The notes: generated by a model not told the origin, from the letters alone. A stretch of DNA of 64,000 bases from an uncultured Clostridia bacterium (GCA_948443805.1 CAOJUB010000002.1:4910-68909), one strand, 5' to 3'; positions 53,685-63,710 are shown, numbered from the stretch's first letter. Numbers and translations are program-made.

Positions 53685-53713
53685 ATTATAGCATACCAAG
53701 TGTATCTTGTCAA
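53685..53713 (-). promoter_or_regulatory. Consensus promoter TTGACA-N17-TATAAT
   Basis: rc: ttgaca agatacacttggtatgc tataat. Confidence 0.65.
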
Positions 53714-53926
53714 GGGTGAGGCGAAAGAAAAAAATTTTTCCAAAATTAGTCGAAATCGTGAACTTTATGAAAACACCGCCTTTCTGCTCTCTCTTTCCGC
53801 CCTGAAAAGCGGCCGCGCGCCAAACCGGAAGAAAGCAATGTTCCCGAAGGAAAAACAGGCAAGGAACTTATTTTTTTCAGAAAAAAAGAACCGCAGGACA
53901 AGGCCTGCGGTTCTTTCAAAAATCAA

Positions 53927-54205
53927 TTATTTCTTTGCAACCGCGTCTTTGAGCGCTTTGCCTGCTTTGAAAACAGGAACGTTCGTTGCGGGGATGGTCA
54001 TCGGCTTTTTGGTCAGGGGATTGATTCCGTTGCGTTCGCCTCTGGCTTTTGATTCAAAAGTTCCAAAACCGATCAGCTGAACTTTGTCGCCGCCGACAAG
54101 AGCTTCCGAAATGGTGTCGAGAACACTTGCAAGAACTTTTTCGCAAGCAGCCTGGGGAAGATCGGACTTTTTCGCTACTTCTTTAATAAGATCTTTTCTG
54201 TTCAT
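53927..54205 (-). CDS. hup: Histone-like DNA-binding protein HU
   Basis: MNRKDLIKEVAKKSDL...VQLIGFGTFESKARGERNGINPLTKKPMTIPATNVPVFKAGKALKDAV. A terminator hairpin gaaccgcagg/cctgcggttc lies at about 53888-53920. Confidence 0.95.
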   Translation of the reverse strand: MNRKDLIKEVAKKSDLPQAACEKVLASVLDTISEALVGGDKVQLIGFGTFESKARGERNGINPLTKKPMTIPATNVPVFKAGKALKDAVAKK

Positions 54206-54331
54206 GGTTGTTTTCTATCCTTTCGTTCATAAAGAATTATTTCACATCCGCCAGGATAATCCGGGCAGATCAGTTAACAAAAAAACGAAAATCCCCAAAA
54301 AAATTGGGATGAGAGCGTTTTTTCCGGCCAT

Positions 54332-54360
54332 ATTATAGCATGTCCGCCGAAGAGTGTCAA
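54332..54360 (-). promoter_or_regulatory. Consensus promoter TTGACA-N17-TATAAT for hup
   Basis: rc: ttgaca ctcttcggcggacatgc tataat. Confidence 0.65.
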
Positions 54361-54974
54361 GCATTTACACAAAAAATTTTCAATTTTGTCAAAAAAAGAT
54401 AATTCCCGGGAAGAAATGGCTACAGGCAACCGCAGGACATTTTTCCTCGGCCACAGGCAACCGCACCTCGGTTGCCGGCGGTTTTGCATAAAAAAAGCGC
54501 GAAGGAAACGTTATTTTGCCAGCCGAACCCCGTTCCCGAGCCGGCAAAAAGCCTGCGAAGCGTTGGGGCAGCAGGATTTTTATCAGCCGGAAATCTATAT
54601 AATAAAAAAAATTCATTATTCCCTACCATATTTATAGATATCAATCGCAGTGATCTCCCACGGTCTCCCCTTTCGCAGCGTTTTCTGAAAATTTTGATGT
54701 CAGGCAATTTTCCTTTACAGGAAAAAGGAGCTCTTTCCCTCTTATTCCCGCCGAGAAACAGCACGGAAGGCGCTATCTGACAAGGAAAAAACCTTTACGC
54801 AAAAAATCTTTCTTTTCATTACCTTTTTCAAAATCCGGCATTTTTTTGCGGCAACGGGATATTCTAATAGAACAGAGCCGTATTTTTATCCCGGAAGGAA
54901 CGGCAGCGAAACAAGAAAAACAAAAACGGCAGGCCGGGTTTGCCAGTTTTTACAGATTATTCACAAAATAGCCC

Positions 54975-55003
54975 TTTACAAAAGCCGGGAAATGTGGTAA
55001 AAT
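54975..55003 (+). promoter_or_regulatory. Promoter TTTACA-N17-(TGg)TAAAAT for rpsO
   Basis: tttaca aaagccgggaaatgtgg taaaat. Confidence 0.55.
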
Positions 55004-55088
55004 GGATATACTACCTAATATGGGACGGTAGGCGTTCACCTCGCCTTTTCGCCTCATATTCAGGCGAATGAACGAAATATGGAGGTGA

Positions 55089-55358
55089 ATGGAAATGGTT
55101 AAAGAACTGAAGACGAACATTATTGAGTCGAACAAGCTTCATGAAAAGGACACCGGTTCTCCCGAAGTGCAGATCGCACTGCTGACCGAGAGAATCAACA
55201 GCCTGACCGAACATCTGAAGGTTCACAAAAAGGACTTTCATTCCAGAAGAGGTCTTCTGCAGATGGTTGGTAAAAGAAGAAATCTGCTCAATTATCTGAT
55301 GAAGAAGGATATCAGCCGTTACCGCGCGATCATCGCGAAACTGAATATCCGTAAGTAA
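55089..55358 (+). CDS. rpsO: 30S ribosomal protein S15
   Basis: [50 protein letters not shown] hairpin lies at 55372-55410 before pnp. Confidence 0.95.
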   Translation: MEMVKELKTNIIESNKLHEKDTGSPEVQIALLTERINSLTEHLKVHKKDFHSRRGLLQMVGKRRNLLNYLMKKDISRYRAIIAKLNIRK

Positions 55359-55539
55359 TTCAGAAACCAAAAACAGGACAAGGCGTTCTTTGCGGGGCGT
55401 CTTGTCCTGAAAAGCAACAACGAAAAAAATGCGACGAACGCAGTTGTTTTTGCAGTTATAAAAGCGCATGGCGGCGCGGTGCGTTTCTATAACTGCTTAA
55501 GCGGGAAAAGGCTGCGTATCGTCTAATCGAAAAGAAAGG

Positions 55540-57663
55540 ATGAACACAGCGATGAACATTTATGAAAACTATAAAGTTTTTCAAACCGAACTGGCAGGCA
55601 GACCGCTGATTGTTGAAACCGGTAAATTTGCGGGGCTGGCAAACGGTTCCTGCCTGGTTCGTTACGGCGAAACGGCCGTTCTGGCCACGGCAACCGCCTC
55701 GGCAAAGCCGAGAGACGGCATTGACTTCTTCCCTCTCGCAGTGGATTATGAAGAAAAGCTCTACAGTGTGGGCAGAATTCCCGGCAGCTTTCTGAAACGG
55801 GAAGGCCGTCCTTCGGAAAAAGCCATTCTGGCTTCCCGGATGATCGACCGGCCGATCCGCCCCCTTTTTCCGAAAGATATGCGCAACGACGTTGTCGTCA
55901 GCGTCACGCTGCTTTCGGTTGATAACGACTGCTCTCCGCAGATTGCCGGCATGATCGGCGCATCGGTTGCCATCTCGATTTCGGATATTCCCTGGAACGG
56001 GCCGATCGGCGGCGTACTGCTTGGGCTGGTTGACGGCGAATATGTGCTGAACCCGACGATTGAACAGAAAGAAAAATCCCAGATGGAAGTAACGGTTGTA
56101 GGAACGGCGGAAAAGATTGTAATGATCGAAGCCGGCGCAAAAGAAGTTCCTGAAGACGTCATGCTCAAAGGCATTATCTTTGCTCACCAGGAAATCAAGA
56201 AAACCGTGCAGTTTATTGAAGGAATCAAAGCGGAGATCGGCAAACCGAAATTTGAATACCAGAAAGCGTCGATCCCCGAAGAATTATACAGCGACGTCAA
56301 AGAATTCGCGCACGATATGATCCGGCACGCGCTGGACACCGACGACAAAGATGTCCGCGACGCACGGCTGGCGGAAGTTACGGCGGCGGTTGAAGAAAAA
56401 TTTGCCGAGAAATATCCCGACAGCAGCGCGGCCTTCGGCGAAGCGATTTACAAAACCGAAAAAATGATCGTTCGGAAAATGCTGCTCGAAGAGCATAAGC
56501 GCGTTGACGGCAGAGGACTGGAAGAAATCCGTCCGCTCTATGCGGAAGCCGGGCTTCTCCCCCGCGTTCACGGTTCCGGCCTGTTCAGCAGAGGACAGAC
56601 CCAGGTGCTGACGATCGCAACGCTCGGACCGATCTCGGAAAAGCAGCTTCTCGACGGTGTTGACCCCGAAGAAAGCAAACGGTATATGCATCATTATAAT
56701 ATGCCGGGCTATTCGGTAGGCGAAGCAAAATCTTCCAGAGGCGCAGGCAGACGGGAAATCGGACACGGCGCACTGGCGGAAAGATCGCTTGAACCGGTTA
56801 TTCCTTCGGAAGAAGACTTCCCCTATGCAATCCGTCTGGTTTCGGAGGTTCTTTCTTCGAATGGTTCTACTTCACAGGGCTCGGTCTGCGGTTCAACGCT
56901 TGCCTTAATGGACGCCGGCGTACCGATCAAGGCGCCGGTTGCGGGTATTTCCTGCGGTCTGGTAACCGATGAGGATCAGTGGCTGACCATGGTGGATATT
57001 CAGGGTATCGAAGATTTCTTCGGCGACATGGACTTTAAAGTTGCCGGAACAAAAAAAGGAATCACCTCGATCCAGATGGATATTAAAATCGATGGTCTGA
57101 CTTATGATATCATTGAAAAAGCATTTGAACAGACAAAAGCCGGAAGATATCATATCATAGACAACATTATCCTGAAAGCGATCCCCGCGCCCCGGCCGGA
57201 GCTTTCCAAATACGCGCCGAAAATCATGACTGTTGTCATTCCCACCGATAAAATCCGCGACGTCATCGGAACAGGCGGAAAAGTCATTCAGAAAATCGTA
57301 GCGGAAACCGGTGTTAAAATCGATATTGAAGACGACGGCAAGGTATTTATCGCTTATGTGGATAAAGAAGCCGGAGAAAAAGCGCTCGGCATTATCCGCG
57401 CCATTGTGGAAGGGCCGGCAATCGGAACTCTTTACAAAGGAACGGTTACCCGCCTGATGACCTTCGGCGCATTCGTCGAATTTGTCCCCGGAAAAGAAGG
57501 TTTGGTTCACATTTCTCAGCTGGATACCAAGAGAGTCGGCAAAGTAGAAGACGTGGTAAACGTCGGCGATGAAATCTGGGTTAAAGTAACCGAAATCGAC
57601 GATCAGGGCAGAATCAACCTGTCGAGAAAAGACGCGCTTGCCGAACTGGCAAACAAAGAATAA
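55540..57663 (+). CDS. pnp: Polyribonucleotide nucleotidyltransferase (PNPase)
   Basis: Two RNase PH domains, then KH (..VIGTGGKVIQKI..) and S1 (..GTVTRLMTFGAFVEF..GLVHISQL..). An alternative start at 55552 (MNIYEN) has better RBS spacing. Confidence 0.95.
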   Translation: MNTAMNIYENYKVFQTELAGRPLIVETGKFAGLANGSCLVRYGETAVLATATASAKPRDGIDFFPLAVDYEEKLYSVGRIPGSFLKREGRPSEKAILASRMIDRPIRPLFPKDMRNDVVVSVTLLSVDNDCSPQIAGMIGASVAISISDIPWNGPIGGVLLGLVDGEYVLNPTIEQKEKSQMEVTVVGTAEKIVMIEAGAKEVPEDVMLKGIIFAHQEIKKTVQFIEGIKAEIGKPKFEYQKASIPEELYSDVKEFAHDMIRHALDTDDKDVRDARLAEVTAAVEEKFAEKYPDSSAAFGEAIYKTEKMIVRKMLLEEHKRVDGRGLEEIRPLYAEAGLLPRVHGSGLFSRGQTQVLTIATLGPISEKQLLDGVDPEESKRYMHHYNMPGYSVGEAKSSRGAGRREIGHGALAERSLEPVIPSEEDFPYAIRLVSEVLSSNGSTSQGSVCGSTLALMDAGVPIKAPVAGISCGLVTDEDQWLTMVDIQGIEDFFGDMDFKVAGTKKGITSIQMDIKIDGLTYDIIEKAFEQTKAGRYHIIDNIILKAIPAPRPELSKYAPKIMTVVIPTDKIRDVIGTGGKVIQKIVAETGVKIDIEDDGKVFIAYVDKEAGEKALGIIRAIVEGPAIGTLYKGTVTRLMTFGAFVEFVPGKEGLVHISQLDTKRVGKVEDVVNVGDEIWVKVTEIDDQGRINLSRKDALAELANKE

Positions 57664-57738
57664 ACGTTCTGAAAAACGGCGTTTCAAAATTAAAAATAAT
57701 AGAAGGTATCACATTGTGGTACCTTCTTTGCTGTCAAA

Positions 57739-57767
57739 TTGACAAATTTAAAAAAATGTATTATAAT
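57739..57767 (+). promoter_or_regulatory. Consensus promoter TTGACA-N17-TATAAT, 190 nt upstream of the kinase-like gene
   Basis: ttgaca aatttaaaaaaatgtat tataat. Confidence 0.6.
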
Positions 57768-57955
57768 AAAGAACAGCAAGCTGTTCTTTGAAAAACATCT
57801 TTCGGCTGGACAGCCGAACAGCGCGCTGCGCCGCCGGTGTTTTTCCGGCACTAAACTCAGGGATAGAAAAAGCACAGCAAGCTGTTCTTTTTTGACAACC
57901 AGGCACGCAGAAAACACTGCGATCTTGGATTTTATTCCCCAAAAGGAAACCGCAA

Positions 57956-58951
57956 ATGGAAAACATTCTCCGCCAACATCAGAAACAGTATCCGCTGGCT
58001 CAGCCGCAGGACATGATTAAACTTCTCTTTCAGAGCGAATTCGGCTGCGGTCATTTCATCGCCGAAGAAAAAGAAGTCACATCCCGTATAAAAAAGGAAC
58101 GGCAATCGCTGTCAGTCATCGATGATATTCTGCCTGAACCAATCGGAAACGGTTTTTACCGGTTGCCTCTCAGCGCCCCGCTCGCCGACGAAACACTGGC
58201 TTCCATTTTTTTCCTTTCGGCGAAAAAAAACGGAACCTTCCAAGGCCTGAAAGAAAAACTGCAATATCTGAAAACAACGATACCCGTCCTTTACGATGAA
58301 ACCGCCGCCCGGCAAGCGCTGAACGGAGAAATCCCCCGGCACAGCGAAATTTACCGGAAAGCCTATCGTCCGGCTTATCGGATTATCACCGAAGAATTCG
58401 CCCGGTTTATCCGGATCTATTACCGGATCGACGCGCTTTCCGGCCGAAAAAATATTGCGATCGACGGACAGGCAGCCGCCGGAAAAACAACGCTCGGCAA
58501 TCGGCTGTTTGAGGTTTATCAAAAAAAAGCAAATCTGTTTCATACCGACGATTATTTTCTCCCTCTTGCAAGAAAAACAGAAGAACGGCTGAATGAACCG
58601 GGCGGAAATATTGATTACGAACGCTTCCGCCAGGAAATACTCGATCAACTCCCGTCCGATTCACTGACCTATTTCCCGTTTGACTGCCGGACGCAGACGC
58701 GCAAAGCCGGAATCAGCGTTGAGAAAAAAGAGATCAATATCATCGAAGGCGCGTATTCGCTACACCCTTTTTTCGGCAAAGCCTATGATCTGAGAATTTT
58801 ACTCCGAATCAACGAAAAAACACAAAAACAGCGGATTCAAAAAAGGAACGCCGCTTTGATCGCGCAAAAATTCTTTAACTGCTGGATTCCGCTGGAGAAT
58901 CGTTATCTGAAAGAATGCGCGCCGGAAACCGATCTGCAATACGAAGTCTGA
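57956..58951 (+). CDS. P-loop nucleoside/nucleotide kinase family protein (uridine-kinase-like) with an extra N-terminal domain
   Basis: Walker A IAIDGQAAAGKTTLGNRL, then HTDDYFLP. Confidence 0.6.
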   Translation: MENILRQHQKQYPLAQPQDMIKLLFQSEFGCGHFIAEEKEVTSRIKKERQSLSVIDDILPEPIGNGFYRLPLSAPLADETLASIFFLSAKKNGTFQGLKEKLQYLKTTIPVLYDETAARQALNGEIPRHSEIYRKAYRPAYRIITEEFARFIRIYYRIDALSGRKNIAIDGQAAAGKTTLGNRLFEVYQKKANLFHTDDYFLPLARKTEERLNEPGGNIDYERFRQEILDQLPSDSLTYFPFDCRTQTRKAGISVEKKEINIIEGAYSLHPFFGKAYDLRILLRINEKTQKQRIQKRNAALIAQKFFNCWIPLENRYLKECAPETDLQYEV

Positions 58952-59032
58952 AAGTTCACAGAAAATTCAAGAAAAATAAAGGAGAATTTTTACCGATTTC
59001 CGGAACAAAGAAACAGAGAGGGGCGATTTCGA

Positions 59033-59566
59033 TTGACGGACACCACGGTTTACCGGCGTTTTCTTGAGGGAGACCCCACGGCTTTTGAAGAAATCGTCAG
59101 CACATACCGAATTCCTCTCACCGGTTTTATTCTCAGCATCGTCCGGAACGAAAACACAGCCGAAGATATTGCAGCCGAAGTTTTTGCCCACCTTTTCCTG
59201 AAAAAAGAAGCGTTTGCTTTCCGCTCTTCGTTAAAAACCTATCTTTTCGCCATCGCCAAAAACAAAGCGAAAAAATGGCTAAAAAAAAGCAGCCGGACAA
59301 AACCGTATTCAGAAGCCGGAGAGAACGCCTCCCCCGAAGACATCTTTTTTCAGGATGAAAAAAAGAAATTGCTTTATCGCTGCCTGACCCGCATCAAGGA
59401 AGAATACCGTCAGGTTCTTTACCTGCTATATTGGGAAGAATGCAGCTATGAAGAAATCTCGAAAATCCTCATAAAAAGCAAAAAACAAATTGCCAACCTG
59501 GCCTTCCGGGGAAAACAGGCGCTGAAAAAAGAGATGGAAAGGGAGGGGTTTGAATATGCTGGATAA
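59033..59566 (+). CDS. ECF-type RNA polymerase sigma-70 family factor
   Basis: Region 2 is ...AEDIAAEVFAHLFLK...TYLFAIAKNKA and region 4 is EYRQVLYLLYWEECSYEEISKIL...IANLAFRGKQALKK. It uses a TTG start. Confidence 0.85.
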   Translation: MTDTTVYRRFLEGDPTAFEEIVSTYRIPLTGFILSIVRNENTAEDIAAEVFAHLFLKKEAFAFRSSLKTYLFAIAKNKAKKWLKKSSRTKPYSEAGENASPEDIFFQDEKKKLLYRCLTRIKEEYRQVLYLLYWEECSYEEISKILIKSKKQIANLAFRGKQALKKEMEREGFEYAG

Positions 59567-60113
59567 CCAAGCGTTTCTTGACAAGATTCAGGAAAAAATC
59601 AGAGCGCAGCAGAAAAGAAGACAAAAAAACCGCCGGATCGCCCTGACCGCCTTCAGTTTTGTCTGCCTCGCCTCCGTCCTGACCATAACCCACACCGCAG
59701 AAAAATGGCCGTTTTTTACCGTTATCACCGGTATACCCAATGAAAACGTCCCTCTCGGCGCCGACGACCTGATTCCCAGAGACGGAGCCACCCCCACCAA
59801 AATCCCAAACGAAATATCGGTACTTCTCCCGACAGACTTCGGAGAAGAACACCTGATAACGTCCGCAGAAGAAGCCGCACAGGCCGGCACCTCGCTTTCG
59901 GAATCGTTTTTCGACCGCGCCGTGCTTTTAACTTTCGAGGCAAAAGACTGCGCAAAGCAGGAAACCTGCACGGTGGAACTGCTTCCTGAACCGAACATCC
60001 TGTTTGTGACAATTACCCCGGCAGCCGACGGGATCGTACAGGACAACACCTCTTTTCAGATCGAAATCCCCAAAAACAAACTGCGGACCACTATCGTGAT
60101 TCAGACAAAATAA
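59550..60113 (+). CDS. Putative anti-sigma factor (single-pass membrane protein)
   Basis: Overlaps the sigma gene stop and has the TM helix IALTAFSFVCLASVLTI. The assignment rests on context only. Confidence 0.5.
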   Translation: MNMLDNQAFLDKIQEKIRAQQKRRQKNRRIALTAFSFVCLASVLTITHTAEKWPFFTVITGIPNENVPLGADDLIPRDGATPTKIPNEISVLLPTDFGEEHLITSAEEAAQAGTSLSESFFDRAVLLTFEAKDCAKQETCTVELLPEPNILFVTITPAADGIVQDNTSFQIEIPKNKLRTTIVIQTK

Positions 60114-60155
60114 AAATCCAGCCGCAACGAAATACAAAAAAAGGAAACAAGCAAA

Positions 60156-60911
60156 ATGTCTTACAAAAAAATCAAAGGCGCGCTTTCCGTGCTGCTTCTT
60201 TTTCTGTCCCTCCTGCTGAGCGGATGCCAGCAGGAAAAACTAATCCTTGACGAGGCTCTTCCGGTCGAAGTGTACCGGGTTTCAACCTCCGGCGAAGAAA
60301 CCTTTCTGCCGGCAGGAAAAGAAGGCCGGCAAAAGATCCTCTCGGTTTTTAACCGAAAAAAAATTCATTCCGGCATCCCGAACTGCGCCTATGATTATAT
60401 TATTACCATAGACGAAGACCGATTCGGCTATCACAGCGACTGCGGAAATGTTACCATGATCGGAAAAAACAGCTATTTTAAACTAACCGAAAAAGAATGC
60501 CAGCTGATTAACGATGCCTGTCAAGCGAAACCGCTTGAAGATACCGAACCGCTTGCCGCATGGATCAAAAAAGGAACGCTGACCGTTAAGTCCTCTTATT
60601 GCCGCGAAGGCAGCGGACAAGACAAAGTGCTTGCCGGGAAAGCGCTGAAAGCGCTTCGGGAATGGATCACCTCAATGGAAATTATGCCGGCGGACTATCC
60701 GAAAGGCAAAACCCCGCAGGACAATTTTGGCTCGGAGAGTTACAGCTTTGATTTCGGAAAAGGGAAAAAATTCGCCTGCTACATTGACGAAACCGGGAAA
60801 TTGGATATTCTTTTTGACGGAAACTGGTATTCCGTCAAGAATCCGAATGCGCCATTACTGGAAAAAATCTGTAATTTCGACTACAGCAGCAGAAATCAGC
60901 CGGCGAAATGA
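60156..60911 (+). CDS. Hypothetical lipoprotein
   Basis: Lipobox LLFLSLLLSGC. Confidence 0.6.
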   Translation: MSYKKIKGALSVLLLFLSLLLSGCQQEKLILDEALPVEVYRVSTSGEETFLPAGKEGRQKILSVFNRKKIHSGIPNCAYDYIITIDEDRFGYHSDCGNVTMIGKNSYFKLTEKECQLINDACQAKPLEDTEPLAAWIKKGTLTVKSSYCREGSGQDKVLAGKALKALREWITSMEIMPADYPKGKTPQDNFGSESYSFDFGKGKKFACYIDETGKLDILFDGNWYSVKNPNAPLLEKICNFDYSSRNQPAK

Positions 60912-61124
60912 AGCGCCCCGCCGCGTCAACAAAAATTCAGATTTCGCCCCTTGAAAAAACCGGCGGAATATAGTATAATAAACGAAGGAAACCGGACATA
61001 AAAAGCCTGTGCTGCGATAAAAAAGCTCGTGCGTTGTCAAAAACGCCCTTCTAAAAGCAAAGCGTAAAACTAGCGTTCCTGAAGCTGATTTTTTTGTGTT
61101 TTCCAACCCCCTACCGGGCGGCAT

Positions 61125-61199
61125 GCCCTCTTAGTTAAATGGATATAACCGTCCCCTCCTAAGGGACAATTGTGGGTTCGATTCCCGCAGAGGGTGCCA
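61125..61199 (+). tRNA. tRNA-Arg (anticodon CCU)
   Basis: GCCCTCT...anticodon arm GTCCC-CTCCTAA-GGGAC, T-arm GTGGG-TTCGATT-CCCGC, AGAGGGT-G-CCA (G1-U72 wobble). A terminator aactctccgg/ccggagagtt + T-run follows at 61200-61235. Confidence 0.8.
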
Positions 61200-61483
61200 A
61201 AACTCTCCGGTAAATTGCCGGAGAGTTTTTTTCTGTCTTTTTCCCGCTATGCAAACCCGTCATCTTTTAGGATCGAAAATCGGCATCCAACAGGGACTCT
61301 CCACCGGTTTTGATCCTGTATTCCGAACTTTTCCCCTATAATATTCCGGAACGGTTCGGAAAAAACGGAACGCTGTTCCCTTTCCGAAAAAATATTTTTT
61401 TTTAATCAGGCAACTATTTTTTTTCACAATTTCATGGTATGCTAAAAAAAGAAAACCGCTCAGCAGAAAAGAGGAACACAACA

Positions 61484-62392
61484 ATGAAACTGGAATTGAA
61501 AAACATCAAGAAAAGCTTCGGCGAAAAAAAAGTGCTTACAGAGGTTTCGCTGGTTGCCGAAGGAGGCAAAGCCTTCGGCCTGCTCGGACGAAACGGCGCC
61601 GGAAAAACAACGACGATCCGAATCCTGATGGACGTATTTCCTGCCGACAGCGGAGAAATCCTGTTCGACGGAAAACCCCTCCGCGATCAGCATATCGGCT
61701 TCGGATACCTTCCGGAAGAGCGGGGGCTGTATCCGAAAAAGAAAATCCTGGATCAGCTTCTCTATTTCGCCGCGCTGAAGGGCATGAAACAAACCGAATC
61801 GGTCAAAGCCATCGACTATTGGCTGGAGCGGCTCGGCATGACAGAATACCGAAACAAACGCCTGGACACCCTTTCCAAAGGAAACCAACAAAAAATCCAG
61901 CTGATCACAGCCTTGGCGCACAATCCTCAGATTGTGATTCTTGACGAACCCTTTTCAGGTCTTGACCCGGTCAACGCAATGCTGCTGAAAGAAGTAGTCA
62001 AAGAAGAAATCGCAAAAGGGAAAATCGTGCTCTTCTCCAGCCACCAGATGAACTATATCGAAGAATTCTGCGACAGCATTGCCATTCTGAATAACGGAAA
62101 AGCGGTTCTTCAGGGCGATCTGCGCGACATCAAACGCCATACCTCCCGTGATAAGCTGATTATCCGTTCGCCAGAAGCCGGAAAAATAGAAACGGCCTTT
62201 GCTCCGTTTGCGGAAAAACAAGCGGAAGACGAACTTTTGCTGCGGCTTTCCTCCCCAGAAAAGAAACAGCAGACCATGAAAGAGCTGACAGAGCAGTTTG
62301 ATATCGATGAAATCCGGGTGTTTGAACCGTCGCTGAACGATATTTTTATCACCTATACCAACGACAGCGCCGATCCGTTACAAAAAAATTAA
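61484..62392 (+). CDS. ABC transporter ATP-binding protein (ABC-2/NatA-like)
   Basis: Walker A GRNGAGKTT, signature LSKGNQQK, Walker B VILDEPFSGLD. The RBS aagagga precedes the ATG at 61484. Confidence 0.9.
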   Translation: MKLELKNIKKSFGEKKVLTEVSLVAEGGKAFGLLGRNGAGKTTTIRILMDVFPADSGEILFDGKPLRDQHIGFGYLPEERGLYPKKKILDQLLYFAALKGMKQTESVKAIDYWLERLGMTEYRNKRLDTLSKGNQQKIQLITALAHNPQIVILDEPFSGLDPVNAMLLKEVVKEEIAKGKIVLFSSHQMNYIEEFCDSIAILNNGKAVLQGDLRDIKRHTSRDKLIIRSPEAGKIETAFAPFAEKQAEDELLLRLSSPEKKQQTMKELTEQFDIDEIRVFEPSLNDIFITYTNDSADPLQKN

Positions 62393-62428
62393 ACTTCCCG
62401 CCCGGTCAAGAAGAGAAAGGAATCTATT

Positions 62429-63667
62429 ATGAAACAATTCGGAACCATTTTTCGGTTTGAATGTAAAAATTATCTGAAAAATAAAATTTTTGTCGGCGTG
62501 ACTGTTTTTCTGATCGCCCTGATTGCCGCCGTGATGTTTTTTCCGCGGATTCTTTCGCTGTTTGAATCCACCAAAGAACCGATGCCGAAAGACCGTCCGG
62601 TCATGCTGATTTCTGCCGGCACAGAAAATGCAGCCGCCGTGCAGGAAGCTTTCGCCGCGGCATTCGGAGAATACCAGATCGTGTTATCCGAAAACGGCAT
62701 CGGCAGTTTGCGTGAAAAGGTGGAATCCGGCGAGGCGGAATGCGCTTTTGCCATCGAATCCCTTACTTCTTACCGCTATTATGTAAAAAATCTTTCCATG
62801 TATGATGAAAAAACCTATGCGGCCGATGAAGTTCTGCGCAGTCTTTACCGGATTGACGCCATGACCAAAGCCGGGCTTAGCGAAACTAAAGCGGGAGAAA
62901 TTCTTGCCATGCCGATTCAGCACGAAACCGAAACGCTCGGGAAAGACCAGTTCCAGAACTTTTTTTACACTTATATTATGATTTTCGCCCTGTACATGGT
63001 GATTCTGCTTTACGGGCAGATGGTTGCGATGAATGTGGCAACCGAAAAAAGTTCCCGCGCTATGGAGCTGCTGATAACCAGTGCGAAACCTACCGCCATG
63101 ATGTTCGGGAAAGTATTCGCCTCCTGCCTGGCAGGATTGACCCAGCTGATCTGCGTATTCGGCTCGGCGATCTTATTTTTCAACTGCAACAAGGAATATT
63201 GGGGCGAAAACCCAATTATCAATTCGATATTCAACATGCCTACTGACCTGCTGCTGTACATGATTTTATTCTTTATCCTCGGTTTCTTCATTTACGCCTT
63301 CCTTTACGGTGCGATCGGATCAACTGCTTCCAAACTGGAAGACATCAACACCTCGGTCATGCCGATCACCATGCTGTTTATTATCGCCTTTTTCATTGTC
63401 ATTTTCTCGATGACCAGCGGCAATATAAACAGCGTTGTCATGCGGGTTTGCTCCTATATCCCCTTCACTTCCCCAATGGCGATGTTCACCCGGATTGCCA
63501 TGAGCGCCGTGCCGGCCTATGAAATTCTTTTATCGGTTGTGATTCTGGTCGCCTCGGTTGTCGGTGTCGGCGTTCTTTCGGCCAAAATCTATAGGGTAGG
63601 CGTTCTGCTCTACGGAACAACGCCGAAAATCGGCACGCTGCTGAAGTCCATCCGGAACGCAAAGTAA
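62429..63667 (+). CDS. ABC-2 family transporter permease (NatB-like)
   Basis: An N-terminal TM helix, a large extracytoplasmic loop, then a C-terminal 5-TM bundle. Confidence 0.8.
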   Translation: MKQFGTIFRFECKNYLKNKIFVGVTVFLIALIAAVMFFPRILSLFESTKEPMPKDRPVMLISAGTENAAAVQEAFAAAFGEYQIVLSENGIGSLREKVESGEAECAFAIESLTSYRYYVKNLSMYDEKTYAADEVLRSLYRIDAMTKAGLSETKAGEILAMPIQHETETLGKDQFQNFFYTYIMIFALYMVILLYGQMVAMNVATEKSSRAMELLITSAKPTAMMFGKVFASCLAGLTQLICVFGSAILFFNCNKEYWGENPIINSIFNMPTDLLLYMILFFILGFFIYAFLYGAIGSTASKLEDINTSVMPITMLFIIAFFIVIFSMTSGNINSVVMRVCSYIPFTSPMAMFTRIAMSAVPAYEILLSVVILVASVVGVGVLSAKIYRVGVLLYGTTPKIGTLLKSIRNAK

Positions 63668-63710
63668 ATTTTATAAAAGAAATATCTTATCCCCGGAAGA
63701 AAGGAGCGCT

